Source: an uncultured delta proteobacterium
Lineage (GTDB): Bacteria > Desulfobacterota > Desulfobacteria > Desulfobacterales > Desulfatirhabdiaceae
NCBI GenBank assembly: GCA_963789395.1
Contig: CAWBKP010000020.1
Coordinates: 167,882-231,881 of the forward strand
Length of the DNA: 64,000 nt
Reading direction: 5' to 3'
In this document: piece after piece, positions 1 through 10,197 of the stretch
How positions within the stretch are numbered: position 1 is the stretch's first letter
Layout: every line of letters begins with the position of its first letter
Notes under the pieces: model-generated
Seen by the model: only the letters and a program-made list of their open reading frames with translations
Told to the model about the DNA's origin: nothing
Database searches by the model: none
Program-made: the position numbers and the translations under genes

Positions 1-63
1 CAGATACCGGATCCCCGTGGAGACGGCTGTGGCATTGTCGGGGCCAGGCGAATCTTCCATCAT
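1..63 (-). CDS. 5' end of a gene running off the window (MMEDSPGPDNATAVSTGIRYL...)
   Basis: ATG at 63 preceded by GAGG; 21 open codons; directly downstream of the zinc-ribbon gene. Confidence 0.5.
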   Translation of the reverse strand, partial: MMEDSPGPDNATAVSTGIRYL

Positions 64-78
64 GGTGCACCTCGTTTA

Positions 79-1301
79 TTAATGATCCGTCAGGGAAAGC
101 ATGTTTTTATTGATGGCGATGCTGTAGCGCGGCTGAAGCCATTCATGGTGTCCGCTTCGAAAGGGAACATATACCAGAGCAAACCGAAGCGCCTTGATGT
201 GAATCTGCGGCAGTTTGGCAAAGCCGGTTTCAGCAGGTTTCATCATTCCTGCCAGCGTGGTTTTCAGGGTTTCAACGGCTTCGGTAACCGAAAGCGTAGC
301 TGGATAAAGCGTTCCCGGCGGATTCCCGGCTTTCAGCCCATCCTGCGGCTGCGTCAGGTTCATGCGGATGGAAAGCGATAAAAATTCTTTGGGGCTCAGC
401 TTGAACGCCAGGGACCAGAAATGAAACGGCACCTGGTTCCACCCCTTCTGCATCACCCGGGGCAGATTGGCCAGATGGACCAGATCCGCATAGGAAGACA
501 GGGGAATCCCCGAAACTTCGGCGTTGATTCGCCAGAACGGCAGGAAAAGGTCTGCTTTGTCATCCGGGAAAAAGCTGATGGGAACCGGTTTCAGGCTGGT
601 TCCAAGCGTCTGCCAGGCCGAATTGCAGTTGTTGCATGTCAGGACGACGGCATTTCGTTCTCCGGACAGGTCCCATCCGCAGGAAGGGCACTGGGCGGAG
701 AGAAACTGCATTTGCCAGTCCGGCGGGCCGGATTCCGGCAGTTTGGTTATAAAAAACTCAGGCAGAGGACCTGAAACCGGACGATTCAAAACAGCGTCAA
801 CCACCTTTGCTGCGATATAAAACGGGGAATAGACCAGGCTGAGGACGTCGCCGACATGCGACTGGTGATAGACTTTCTGGCTGCTGTTTCCGTTTTAAAA
901 CGGACTTCCTGGCGCTTGAGAATGTCCTGGAGGGATAAAGCCGGCGCCAGAAACCGTCCGTGAGTTCGGGGCGAAACAAATGCCAGTCTCATGGCCTGTG
1001 CCCTTAACCCCATGGAAACCGGAAAATACGGAGATTCAACAGCCTGATGGGTGACATCCACAAATTGATGCCGGATTTCGTTTTCGATGCAGCAGAACCG
1101 TGTTCCCCGGTATCGCCAGTAGGGAAAATACACAACCTCCCTTCCAGGAACGGGAACATGCGGCAGCACATAGCGAAAAACACCTTTGGGAAGCAGACAG
1201 GATTTGACCCGGCAGTACGGGCAGGTAAAGAGCCTGTCGGTTTCGTTCAGCACGGCCGGTGCACCGCACTGGTGGCACTGATAGTCGATAAGAAGGTCGA
1301 T
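79..1301 (-). CDS. Multi zinc-ribbon hypothetical protein, split by one frameshift near 870-890; start uncertain
   Basis: ORFs 786..1253 and 79..804 join via KVYHQSHVGDVLSLVYSPFY; CxxC pairs CHQC, CPYC, CPSC, CNNC; frame open upstream to an ATC at 1301 that follows GGAG. Confidence 0.7.
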
Positions 1302-1313
1302 GGGCTGCTCCGG

Positions 1314-2369
1314 CTATTTTTTCTCGATCGTTGAATGGCCGCATTCCGGGCAGAACCTGTCTCCGGCGGTGAGCGGTTTTCCGCACTGCATGCAGGGGAT
1401 ATGGGTTTGCAGCGGGTGGCCGCACTGCGGACAGAATCTGGCATCCGCGGGTACGGTGTTCCGGCATTTCGGGCACGCAGTCCCTGTCTCCAGAGGCGCC
1501 CCTGACTGCTGCGGCTGCATTCCCCCTGCGATGTAAGGCGCCATCATCCCGGGCATCATGAATCCGAGTCCGGTCCCCATGCCTGCGCCGGTCATGCTTT
1601 CGTTTTCCGCGGCTTTTTCAATGGCCATGGCGGTTTTCATCTGCATGAGTTTATTCATATCCTGAATAACCCCCATCCGGCTTCTGTCATCAATGGCCTG
1701 CTGGACTTCCTGCGGCGGGGTGATGGCGTTGATGAAAAGCTGATCGAGGGAAAGGCCGAAACGGGAAAAGTCATTTTTAAGCCGCACGGAAAGGGCTTCC
1801 GACATTTCGTCATATATGGCGGGAAGATTCAACAGGGTATCCAGGGTTTCACCCAGATAATCGTTCAGGCGGGACACGATCACCTGATTGAGATAATCTT
1901 CGATTGCTTCCGTGCCCAGAATTCCCTGGGTGCCGACCAGGGAATTGATGAAAAGGGCCGGCTTGATGACTTGCAGGTTAAACACTCCGAAGGCCCGCAG
2001 CCGGATGAGTCCAAGCTGGGAATCCTTGAAAGCCACGGGGTCCCGCGTGCCCCATTTGAGATTGGTGAATGTTTTCAGATTGACGAAATACACCTCGGCC
2101 CGAAGGGGGCTGGTCATTCCCCAGGGCGCGCTGAGGAGTTTGGTCAGTACCGGGATATTCAGGGTTTTCAGGGAATGACGGCCCGGCCCGAAGGCTGCCA
2201 CAGCCTTGCCCTGGTAGAAAAAAACCGCTGCCTGGCTTTCCCGAACCGTCAGCTGCGCGCCGAACTTGATTTCACCGGAACCGCTTTCCGGAATGCGGTG
2301 GACGATTTCCCTGCCGGTTTCATCGAACCATTCGATGACTTCCAGAAAAACAACATTATTCGTGCCCAT
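1314..2369 (-). CDS. SPFH/band-7 domain protein with C-terminal double zinc ribbon (YdjI-like)
   Basis: GAQLTVRESQAAVFF..G...AFGPGRH and KWGT..P..F.D motifs; four CxxC at the C-terminus; ATG 2369 with GGAGG RBS. Confidence 0.85.
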   Translation of the reverse strand: MGTNNVVFLEVIEWFDETGREIVHRIPESGSGEIKFGAQLTVRESQAAVFFYQGKAVAAFGPGRHSLKTLNIPVLTKLLSAPWGMTSPLRAEVYFVNLKTFTNLKWGTRDPVAFKDSQLGLIRLRAFGVFNLQVIKPALFINSLVGTQGILGTEAIEDYLNQVIVSRLNDYLGETLDTLLNLPAIYDEMSEALSVRLKNDFSRFGLSLDQLFINAITPPQEVQQAIDDRSRMGVIQDMNKLMQMKTAMAIEKAAENESMTGAGMGTGLGFMMPGMMAPYIAGGMQPQQSGAPLETGTACPKCRNTVPADARFCPQCGHPLQTHIPCMQCGKPLTAGDRFCPECGHSTIEKK

Positions 2370-2383
2370 ATTGATCCTCCCGA

Positions 2384-3307
2384 TCACGTCTGAAACAATT
2401 CGGTGCTGATATACCGTTCGCCGGTGCTGGCAAGAATGACAATGATCCGTTTGCCTTTGGAATCGGCGCGTTTGGCCACTTCCATGGCAGCCCAGACCGC
2501 GGCGCCGGATGAAATACCGCAAAGGATGCCTTCCAGCCTGGCAAGGTTGCGGGCGGTTTCAAATGCCTGGTCGTTGGTCACGGCAATCACCTCGTCTATG
2601 AGCGATCGCTCCAGCACACCGGGAATGAATCCTGCGCCGATGCCCTGAATTTTATGCGGACCAGGCTTTCCGCCGGCCAGAACCGGAGAATCCGCAGGTT
2701 CAACGGCAATGGACCGGAATAGCGGATTCCGGGGTTTGATGAACTGGGAAATACCGGTCAGGGTGCCGCCGGTTCCCACACCGGCTACCAGGATGTCCAC
2801 CTGTCCGTCCGTATCGTTCCAGATCTCGGGGCCGGTTGTTTCACGATGAACTTTGGGGTTGGCCGGATTCTCGAACTGATTGGGCATGTAGGCATGGCTG
2901 TCTGCGGAAACCATATTCTGAGCGGTTTCAATCGCGCCTTTCATGCCTTTTGCACCCGGAGTCAGGATCAGCCCCGCTCCCAGGTGTTTCAAGAGTTTTT
3001 GGCGCTCGATGCTCATGGTCTCCGGCATGGTCAGGGAAAGCCGGTATCCTTTTGCCGCGCAGATAAAGGCCAGGGCAATGCCGGTATTGCCGCTGGTCGG
3101 CTCAACAATGTGCGTATCCGGCCGGATCAGCCCGTCATTTTCAGCGGCTTCGATCATGCTTGCGGCGATTCTGTCTTTGACGCTGCCGAGGGGGTTGAAA
3201 AATTCCAGTTTTGCGATGATTTCCGCGTCAATACCCTTGCAGATGCGGTTGAGGCGGACAAGGGGCGTTAAACCGATGGTTCGATCCACACGATGAAATA
3301 TTTTCAT
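2384..3307 (-). CDS. cysK: Cysteine synthase A (O-acetylserine thiol-lyase)
   Basis: [19 protein letters not shown]-lysine motif, [26 protein letters not shown]. Confidence 0.95.
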   Translation of the reverse strand: MKIFHRVDRTIGLTPLVRLNRICKGIDAEIIAKLEFFNPLGSVKDRIAASMIEAAENDGLIRPDTHIVEPTSGNTGIALAFICAAKGYRLSLTMPETMSIERQKLLKHLGAGLILTPGAKGMKGAIETAQNMVSADSHAYMPNQFENPANPKVHRETTGPEIWNDTDGQVDILVAGVGTGGTLTGISQFIKPRNPLFRSIAVEPADSPVLAGGKPGPHKIQGIGAGFIPGVLERSLIDEVIAVTNDQAFETARNLARLEGILCGISSGAAVWAAMEVAKRADSKGKRIIVILASTGERYISTELFQT

Positions 3308-3442
3308 GCGTATCTCCTGTTCAAGATGCTGAGCGGTGTTGATATTCAGCTGAATTTATGATGTAGTATTTGTATGATTAACGCTGGAAAAAGTCAATTC
3401 TTACTCTCGTGCGGCAATTAAACTTCCCATGATTAGACGGCC

Positions 3443-4375
3443 ATGACGATTCTAACCACGATTCTTCCCATTTTTCTGGTCATTATGCTGGGCTGGGCCG
3501 TTCATCAAAGAGGGTTTCTGCCTCAGGCGTTTTTGGGTCCCGGTAACCGATTGGTATTTTATCTGGGAATTCCAGCCATGATCTTCCGTTCCATTTCCAG
3601 GGCAAGCCTTACCACCCAGTTTGACATCCGGGTGGTGCTGACCACGCTGGCGGCCGTTCTGGCCGTGTTCGGACTGACCTGGTTTGCGGTTGGATTTGTT
3701 CGGGGGGTGCGAAAGGGGCAGCGGGGCACCATCGTTCAAAGTACGTTTCACGGCAATATCGGATATATTGCGCTGGCCATCTCCTTTTATGCGCTGGGAA
3801 ACGCGGGCCTGGTCCGGGCCAGCATCATTGCGGCCTTTGTCATGATTCTTCAGAATCTTCTGGCCATATTCATTCTGCAATATTATTCGGATAATGCGGC
3901 AAACAAGGGGAATGTGGGCCGTGTCTTTCTGAAAATACTGGGCAATCCGGTTATCCTGTCCTCCCTGGCAGGAATTCTGGTGTCTCTGTCGGGGATTCCT
4001 GTTCCAAAAGTAATGGATCAGACACTGGAAATAATTGGTTCATTTGCGCTTCCCATGGCCTTGTTGATCATCGGCGCATCCTTGACGTTTGACCTGGTTC
4101 GATGTCGCATTGCATCCGTTCTGTCTGTTAGTGCTGTCAAGCTGATTATCCTGCCCGGCCTGGGGTATATGGGTTTCCGGTTCCTGGGGCTCTCCGCCCA
4201 GGACTATGTGCCGGGGTTGATCATTCTGGCCACGCCGACAGCGACCATCACCATGGTGATGGCCTTTGAAATCGGCGGGGATATGGATTTTGCCGCGGCC
4301 ACGGTTTCCGTCAGCACACTGCTGTCGGCGATTACATTCTCTCTTTGGCTCGCACTTTCCGGGATGATGCACTAG
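3443..4375 (+). CDS. AEC (auxin efflux carrier) family transporter
   Basis: About 10 hydrophobic helices; ILPIFLVIMLG, FHGNIGYI, NPVILS, PTAT motifs. Confidence 0.85.
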   Translation: MTILTTILPIFLVIMLGWAVHQRGFLPQAFLGPGNRLVFYLGIPAMIFRSISRASLTTQFDIRVVLTTLAAVLAVFGLTWFAVGFVRGVRKGQRGTIVQSTFHGNIGYIALAISFYALGNAGLVRASIIAAFVMILQNLLAIFILQYYSDNAANKGNVGRVFLKILGNPVILSSLAGILVSLSGIPVPKVMDQTLEIIGSFALPMALLIIGASLTFDLVRCRIASVLSVSAVKLIILPGLGYMGFRFLGLSAQDYVPGLIILATPTATITMVMAFEIGGDMDFAAATVSVSTLLSAITFSLWLALSGMMH

Positions 4376-4404
4376 ACAGAAGCCGCTGTGAAACGGTGAC
4401 GCGG

Positions 4405-5055
4405 CTAAAGACCGTGTATTTCCGTAAAATGCTGAATGACGCAGAGCAAAAGCCCTTCTTCAAGAAACACGGTCGCCGACTGACCACAAAAGATATTGCT
4501 GATCCCCCGGGTCGCACTGAAACAAAGGGTTTCTCCGTTCAGCGGGTACTCCAGACCGGTAACGCGGACATTTCTGGCATCCGATCTCAAAGGAATCAGG
4601 GAAAGCAGGTCGCCGGCACTGCCGTCAAATTGGCGTGTTTCTCCGCCATGAACCAGAGAAATTTCCTGCATGCCGTCCAGAATTCGGACCCGGCACCCGA
4701 AAAGCTCCGGTGCGGCCAGCAGCATGAAATTGGCCAGGGTCATGTCCCACCTGGCGCCCAGGGCGCCCACGAGCACGATGTCGTCGGCGCCCAAGCTCCT
4801 TGCGGCATGAAGGGCCAGCTCCATATCGGTGTGGTCTTTGCGAGCCGGGTAACGGGAAACCGGGATGCCGGAGCGTGCGACGGCATCGATTTCTTCAGGG
4901 GACAGGGAATCCATATCCCCGATAAGGGTATGGGGGCGCAGGTTCAGCGCCAGACAGTGCCGCAAGCCGCCGTCAACGGCAATGATGATATCCTCCGGTG
5001 AGATGACGGGGCGAAAGTCACCGATAATGCCGTTGGCGATAATGACGGCGCGCAT
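4405..5055 (-). CDS. thiN: Thiamine diphosphokinase
   Basis: IIAVDGG, IGDMDS, KDHTDMELAL, GALGARWD, GLEYPL, RGISN; start set at ATG 5055. Confidence 0.9.
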   Translation of the reverse strand: MRAVIIANGIIGDFRPVISPEDIIIAVDGGLRHCLALNLRPHTLIGDMDSLSPEEIDAVARSGIPVSRYPARKDHTDMELALHAARSLGADDIVLVGALGARWDMTLANFMLLAAPELFGCRVRILDGMQEISLVHGGETRQFDGSAGDLLSLIPLRSDARNVRVTGLEYPLNGETLCFSATRGISNIFCGQSATVFLEEGLLLCVIQHFTEIHGL

Positions 5056-5065
5056 GGGCCCTTTC

Positions 5066-5683
5066 TTACAGATTGAGGATCTGCTCCATTTCCTTGAGGC
5101 TGGTAATGTGAAAATCGGACCGCAGGGCAGGATTTTTATACGCAACCAGAATGGCGCCGGCTGCTTCCGCCGCGATCTGATCCAGTTCGGAATCGCCGAC
5201 ATAGAGAAGCTCATCCGGTTCAATATCAAAATGCCGCAGGATTTTGTTCAAGGGGTCTGGGTGGGGTTTGGGATGATCGACGTCCCAGGCGCTGACTACC
5301 AGGTCAAAAAGATCTTCCAGACCGTGCGCTTCCAGCACGGTCTGGATAGTGTTTGTCCGGTTGGTTGCGATCGCCGTCGGGTATGCGGGCCGCAGCCGGT
5401 GAAGCAGGGGTTTCAGATACGGCTCGATTTGCATTTTTTCCAGAAACGGCAGATACGGCATCTGTTTCCGATAGATATTGGCTTCGGCGGCTTCGGCCGG
5501 ATCCGGAAAAAGAAAGGAAATGGCCTCATCCGCGGTATGCATGTGAACAAAAGCAAACTGATCCGGCCTCATTGCGGGTTTATTCGCATGCTGCAGAATC
5601 TGGTTGTAATAGTCCATGTTGACGGTTTCAGTGTCGAACATGACCCCGTCGCAGTCAAAGGCAACCACCCGAATGCGTTTCAT
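5066..5683 (-). CDS. HAD family phosphatase
   Basis: FDCDGV motif I, ATNR, KPHPD, VGDSELD. Confidence 0.9.
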   Translation of the reverse strand: MKRIRVVAFDCDGVMFDTETVNMDYYNQILQHANKPAMRPDQFAFVHMHTADEAISFLFPDPAEAAEANIYRKQMPYLPFLEKMQIEPYLKPLLHRLRPAYPTAIATNRTNTIQTVLEAHGLEDLFDLVVSAWDVDHPKPHPDPLNKILRHFDIEPDELLYVGDSELDQIAAEAAGAILVAYKNPALRSDFHITSLKEMEQILNL

Positions 5684-5692
5684 ACCTGCCTG

Positions 5693-6418
5693 TTACTGCG
5701 TTTTCTTGACGGCTTCAAGGATCTGCCCATAAACGCTGAGCTGAATTTCCGGCTTGACCGGGCTGTTTGTCTTCAACGTAATGACATCGTAATAGCGCCC
5801 GGGATCTTTTTTCAGGTTTTCGACGGTGACAATGTAGGATGTTGCGTTGTTTTCCTGTTTTTCTTCGATTTTGGTCTTTATGTCGGTTCCGTTTTTCGAT
5901 TTGGTTTCCAGCACCTTGAACGGATACTTGGGATCGGGTGAAACCGTGACTGTTCCGATGATCGGTTCACCCGCATTTCCGCGCAGAATCAGTTTGTTCG
6001 GGGTGATATTGGCAAATTTCTCGACATTGCCGGAGATTTCAATCGACACATTGGGCTGTTTTGCAGCGCTGGTTTCCACCATGACGCTCTTTTTCATTAA
6101 GGTACCGCCATGTCCGTTGGTATCTACTTTAATGGTGATCTTTCCCTCGCCGCCGGCGGGGATTTGTCTCGTGTATGAGACGGCCGTGCACCCTCAGCCG
6201 GTTTTGACGTTGAGAACGGATAACACATCGGTACCTTTATTCAGTATGACAAAATCATGGACAACTTCCGTGCCTTCAACGACCGGCTGAAACGTAAACT
6301 GAGTTTCCGGCAGGGCATACGAAAGCGTTTCATCCTGCGCTACCCCGGCACCGGATGAAAGGGGAAGTGCCACAAGGCAAATCATCAACAACCACTTGGC
6401 ATAAGAAATGAATTTCAT
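5693..6418 (-). CDS. DUF1573 (Ig-like) exported protein, probable selenoprotein (in-frame TGA at 6194-6196)
   Basis: ORFs 6194..6418 and 5693..6097 are in the same frame with only the TGA between them; reads VKTG-U-GCTAVSY..IPAGGEGKITIKVDT, matching the DUF1573 xCGCT..IPPG..G.I motif; N-terminal signal peptide. Confidence 0.8.
6166..6181 (-). promoter_or_regulatory. Candidate SECIS-like hairpin
   Basis: GTCTC-ATACAC-GAGAC stem-loop starting 12 nt 3' of the in-frame TGA; the loop lacks the usual G. Confidence 0.4.
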
Positions 6419-6688
6419 AAATTAGCTCTCCAATTAATCATAAATAAGTCACTATTTATATAGAACGGGATACGCTTCAATATTGAACAATTTATGCCCC
6501 ATTTTTACGAATGTCAAGACGGTTCAACGAAAGCGCGTAGCCAGCAGATTGTTCCAATTTGCCCAGGGCTTGTATTACCCGGGGTTGCTGTTGCTTGACG
6601 GCGCACTGAAAAAAGCATTTACAGAATGCATCAGATATGGTTATCACATAAACGATATCCTTCAACACTTTAGAACAGGTGGGAAACC

Positions 6689-8967
6689 ATGCTGGAGCAT
6701 TTCAAAAACTTTCGTCAAAGCCTGTCATATCGGTTGATTTTCATGATGGGACTGACCTTGTTTATCAGTTTTTCAACTTGGGCATATTTCAGCATCACAT
6801 ACCAGAAAGACAAGGCGGTGAAAGATATTGTGGTATGGACGGATCGGCTGAGTGAAACCATCAAGCTGGGAACCCACTATGCGATGATGCTGAACGCAAG
6901 GGACTATATCAACCAGAGCATCCAGAACATTGGAAAGCAGAAAACGATCGAGCATATCCGTATTTTTAACAAGGACGGAGAAATCAAGTTTTCAAACTCA
7001 CCGGATGAGGTTGGGCAAACAACCAATATCAAGGCTGAAGCCTGCTTTATCTGCCATAAAACAGAGCCGCCGCGGGTAAATCTTGATCTGTCTGAACGGG
7101 TTCGAATCTTTGACGACCCAAAGGGATACCGTCAGATCGGTGTGATTACCCCCATTCGAAATGAAACCAGCTGTGCTACCGATATTTGCCATGTCCATCC
7201 CCAGGACAAAGTGATTCTGGGCGCCCTGGACGTGGTGGTTTCGATGAAGGAAACCGATGCTGAAATCGTGTTTTTCGAAGAAGGGATCATTGCGCTGGCC
7301 AGTTTTATTTTTACCCTAACCTCGGCGGTCATATTTATTTTTATCGTAAGGTTCATTAAACTGCCGATTCAAAAGCTTATCGATGGAACGCAGATGATTG
7401 CCAGGGGACAATATCAGGCAAAAATCGATATCCGATCAAGGGATGAACTGGGGCAGCTGGCAACTGCATTCCAGAAAATGGGGAAAAAAATCAGTGAAAA
7501 ACGCAGCGAATTGAGCAAACAGCGAAACGAGTATCAGAATCTGTTTGAACAGGCCCCCTGTATCATTTCGGTTCAGAACAGGGACTACAGGCTGCTGCGG
7601 TATAACCGGGAATTCTCGGAGCGCTTTGATCCCAAACCCGGGGATTTTTGTTTTTCGGCCTATAAGGGGCGCATCGAAAAATGCAGGATATGTCCGGTGG
7701 AAAAGACGTTTGAAGACGGCCTTTCGCATTACAGTGAAGAAACCGGGGTAAACAAGGATGGGACCCGGACATACTGGATTGTCCGGACATCGCCCATCCG
7801 GGATGATGACGGGAATATCGTTGCCGCAATGGAGATGAGCATTGATATTTCCCGAAGCAAGCAACTGGAGGAAAAACTGGCTGAATCTGAAAGACAGTAT
7901 TACGCTGTCTTTAACAATATTCCCAATCCCGTATTTGTTTTGGATATTAATACCCTGGTGATACTTGACTGCAACCAGAGCGTCAAATCCGTGTATGGAT
8001 ATGCCAAAAACGAAATCATATCAAAATCGTTTCTGGAATTGTTTTCTGAAGAAGAAAGAGAATATTATGCATTCAAACTGCATACATCATCCGTTTTTAA
8101 CCGCGTCAAACAAATCAATAAATACAGGCAAAACCCTTTTTGTGAATATCCGGATTTCTCCTTCGGAATATCGCGGGAAAAAGGTTCTGCTGCTGACTAC
8201 CGGCGATGATACCAAGCGGCTTGAGGCGGAACAGCAGATCATTCAGGCCAGCAAGATGGCGACCCTGGGGGAGATGGCCACCGGCGTGGCGCATGAGCTG
8301 AATCAACCGCTTTCGGTCATCAAGACCGCCAGCAGTTTTTTCATGAAAAAAATCACACGCAAAGAACCCATCAAAGACGAAATCCTCCTTACATTGTCCC
8401 AGGAAATTGACAGTCATGTGGATCGGGCCACGAGAATCATCAACCACATGCGGATGTTTGGCCGCAAATCCGAAATGACCCTGGAAAACGTCCAGGTGAA
8501 CGACGTTCTAAAAAGTGCGTTTGAAATATTCAGCCAGCAGCTCAAGGTCCGGGGGATTGGCGTTGAATGGGATCTTTATCCGAATATTGCCGCCGATTCT
8601 GGCGGACGCTGGCCGGTTGGAACAGGTTTTTATCAACCTTCTCCTGAATGCGCGGGACGCCATTGAAGAAAAATGCGATTCGCGCCAGATCGTCAAGGAT
8701 ATGGGACAGATCACCCTGAAAACCACTGCCGACGACACGCATGTCACGATATCCGTCAGCGATACCGGCAGCGGCATTCCGCCTGACAAGCTGGAAAAAA
8801 TTTTCGAGCCGTTCTTTACCACAAAAAAAGTGGGGAAAGGCACGGGACTGGGCCTGTCCATCAGTTACAGCTTTATCAAGGAATGCCAGGGAGAGATTCG
8901 TGCGGTTAACAATCCAGGCGGCGGAGCGACCTTTATCCTTTCTTTTCCCAAGATGACAGACCCATGA
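6689..8967 (+). CDS. Membrane sensor histidine kinase (periplasmic CxxCH, HAMP, two PAS, HisKA, HATPase); frameshifts near 8125 and 8585
   Basis: ORFs 6689..8209, 7965..8666 and 8515..8967 carry consecutive parts: [46 protein letters not shown]. Confidence 0.85.
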
Positions 8968-9037
8968 TCGTGGGGTGTCGGCTTATGGGCGGCAAAAACC
9001 GCTTTTATGATCCGTTGCACATAATGTGGCAGGTAAA

Positions 9038-10177
9038 ATGAATCGAACCGTTATGGTTGTTGATGATGAGGCGGGAATCCGCACTGTTCTGGGCATTACC
9101 CTATCGGATATGGGATATGTCGTTCATCCTGCGGAAACCGGTGAACAAGCCCTTGAATTGTTTCGCAGCACCCATCCTGCCATTGTTCTGACGGATATCA
9201 AAATGCCTGGCATGGGCGGCCTCGAACTGCTTCAGGCGGTAAAGCGGGAGAACCCGGATGTTGAAGTGATCATGATGACCGGGCATGGGGATATGGATCT
9301 GGCTGTCAGAAGCCTGAAATACGAAGCCACGGATTTTGTAACCAAACCCATTGGCGACGAAGCCCTTGAAATTGCGTTGAAACGGGCTCAGGACCGCATC
9401 GCGATTCGAAAACAGATCAGGGACTATACCGAAAATCTGGAGCTTCTGGTTCGGGAAAAAACGCGGAAACTGATAGAAGCTGAAAGACTGGCTGCCGTTG
9501 GCGAGGCCATTGCCGGGATTTCACACGCCATCAAGAATATTGCAGGCGGGCTGAAAGGCGGGGCCTTTGTCCTGGAAAAAGGGATCGAACTTCATGACGA
9601 TCAGTATCTTTACCAGGGATGGGCTATGGTCAAAGGAAATGTTGAAAAAATCGCCAATCTTTCGATGGATCTGCTCAATTATGGAAAGTCTTCCGAAATC
9701 CACGGCCGTATTTGCGATCCCAATCAGCCGGCAAGGGAGATTGTCGATTTAATGACGCCTCTGGCTGAGGCATCGGGAGTTCGGCTTGATGCCGTTTTCT
9801 CAACTGCGCTCACCCCCATCTGCCTGGATCCGGACGCCATTCACCAGTGCCTGAACAATCTGGTCGCAAATGCCATCGAAGCCTGTGCGGAAAAGTCTTC
9901 GCCGGACAGCCCGGCAACTGTCGTCCTGCGCACCCTTCGGACAGCCGGCTGGGGGGTGGAATATCAGGTGGAAGATAACGGGTGTGGAATGGATGAAGAT
10001 ACCCGCCGAAAACTTTTTCAGAGTTTTTTCAGCACCAAAGGCAGCAAAGGCACCGGCATCGGCCTGATGACAACCAGAAAAATCGTAGAAAAGCATCACG
10101 GAGACATTCAGGTAACATCCACATTGGGGAAGGGGACGCTATGTATCGTGCGACTGCCGGAATCTCCCCTGCACTGA
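9038..10177 (+). CDS. Hybrid receiver-histidine kinase
   Basis: VVDDE/TDIKMPG/MTGHG/TKP receiver; SHAIKN H-box, NLVANA, DNGCG, GTGIGL. Confidence 0.9.
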   Translation: MNRTVMVVDDEAGIRTVLGITLSDMGYVVHPAETGEQALELFRSTHPAIVLTDIKMPGMGGLELLQAVKRENPDVEVIMMTGHGDMDLAVRSLKYEATDFVTKPIGDEALEIALKRAQDRIAIRKQIRDYTENLELLVREKTRKLIEAERLAAVGEAIAGISHAIKNIAGGLKGGAFVLEKGIELHDDQYLYQGWAMVKGNVEKIANLSMDLLNYGKSSEIHGRICDPNQPAREIVDLMTPLAEASGVRLDAVFSTALTPICLDPDAIHQCLNNLVANAIEACAEKSSPDSPATVVLRTLRTAGWGVEYQVEDNGCGMDEDTRRKLFQSFFSTKGSKGTGIGLMTTRKIVEKHHGDIQVTSTLGKGTLCIVRLPESPLH

Positions 10178-10197
10178 AAACAACTGCTGCAGGACCC

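Noticed and set aside
4865..5941. 358-aa plus-strand ORF
   Set aside because: Antisense shadow of thiN, HAD and the DUF1573 gene; no motifs
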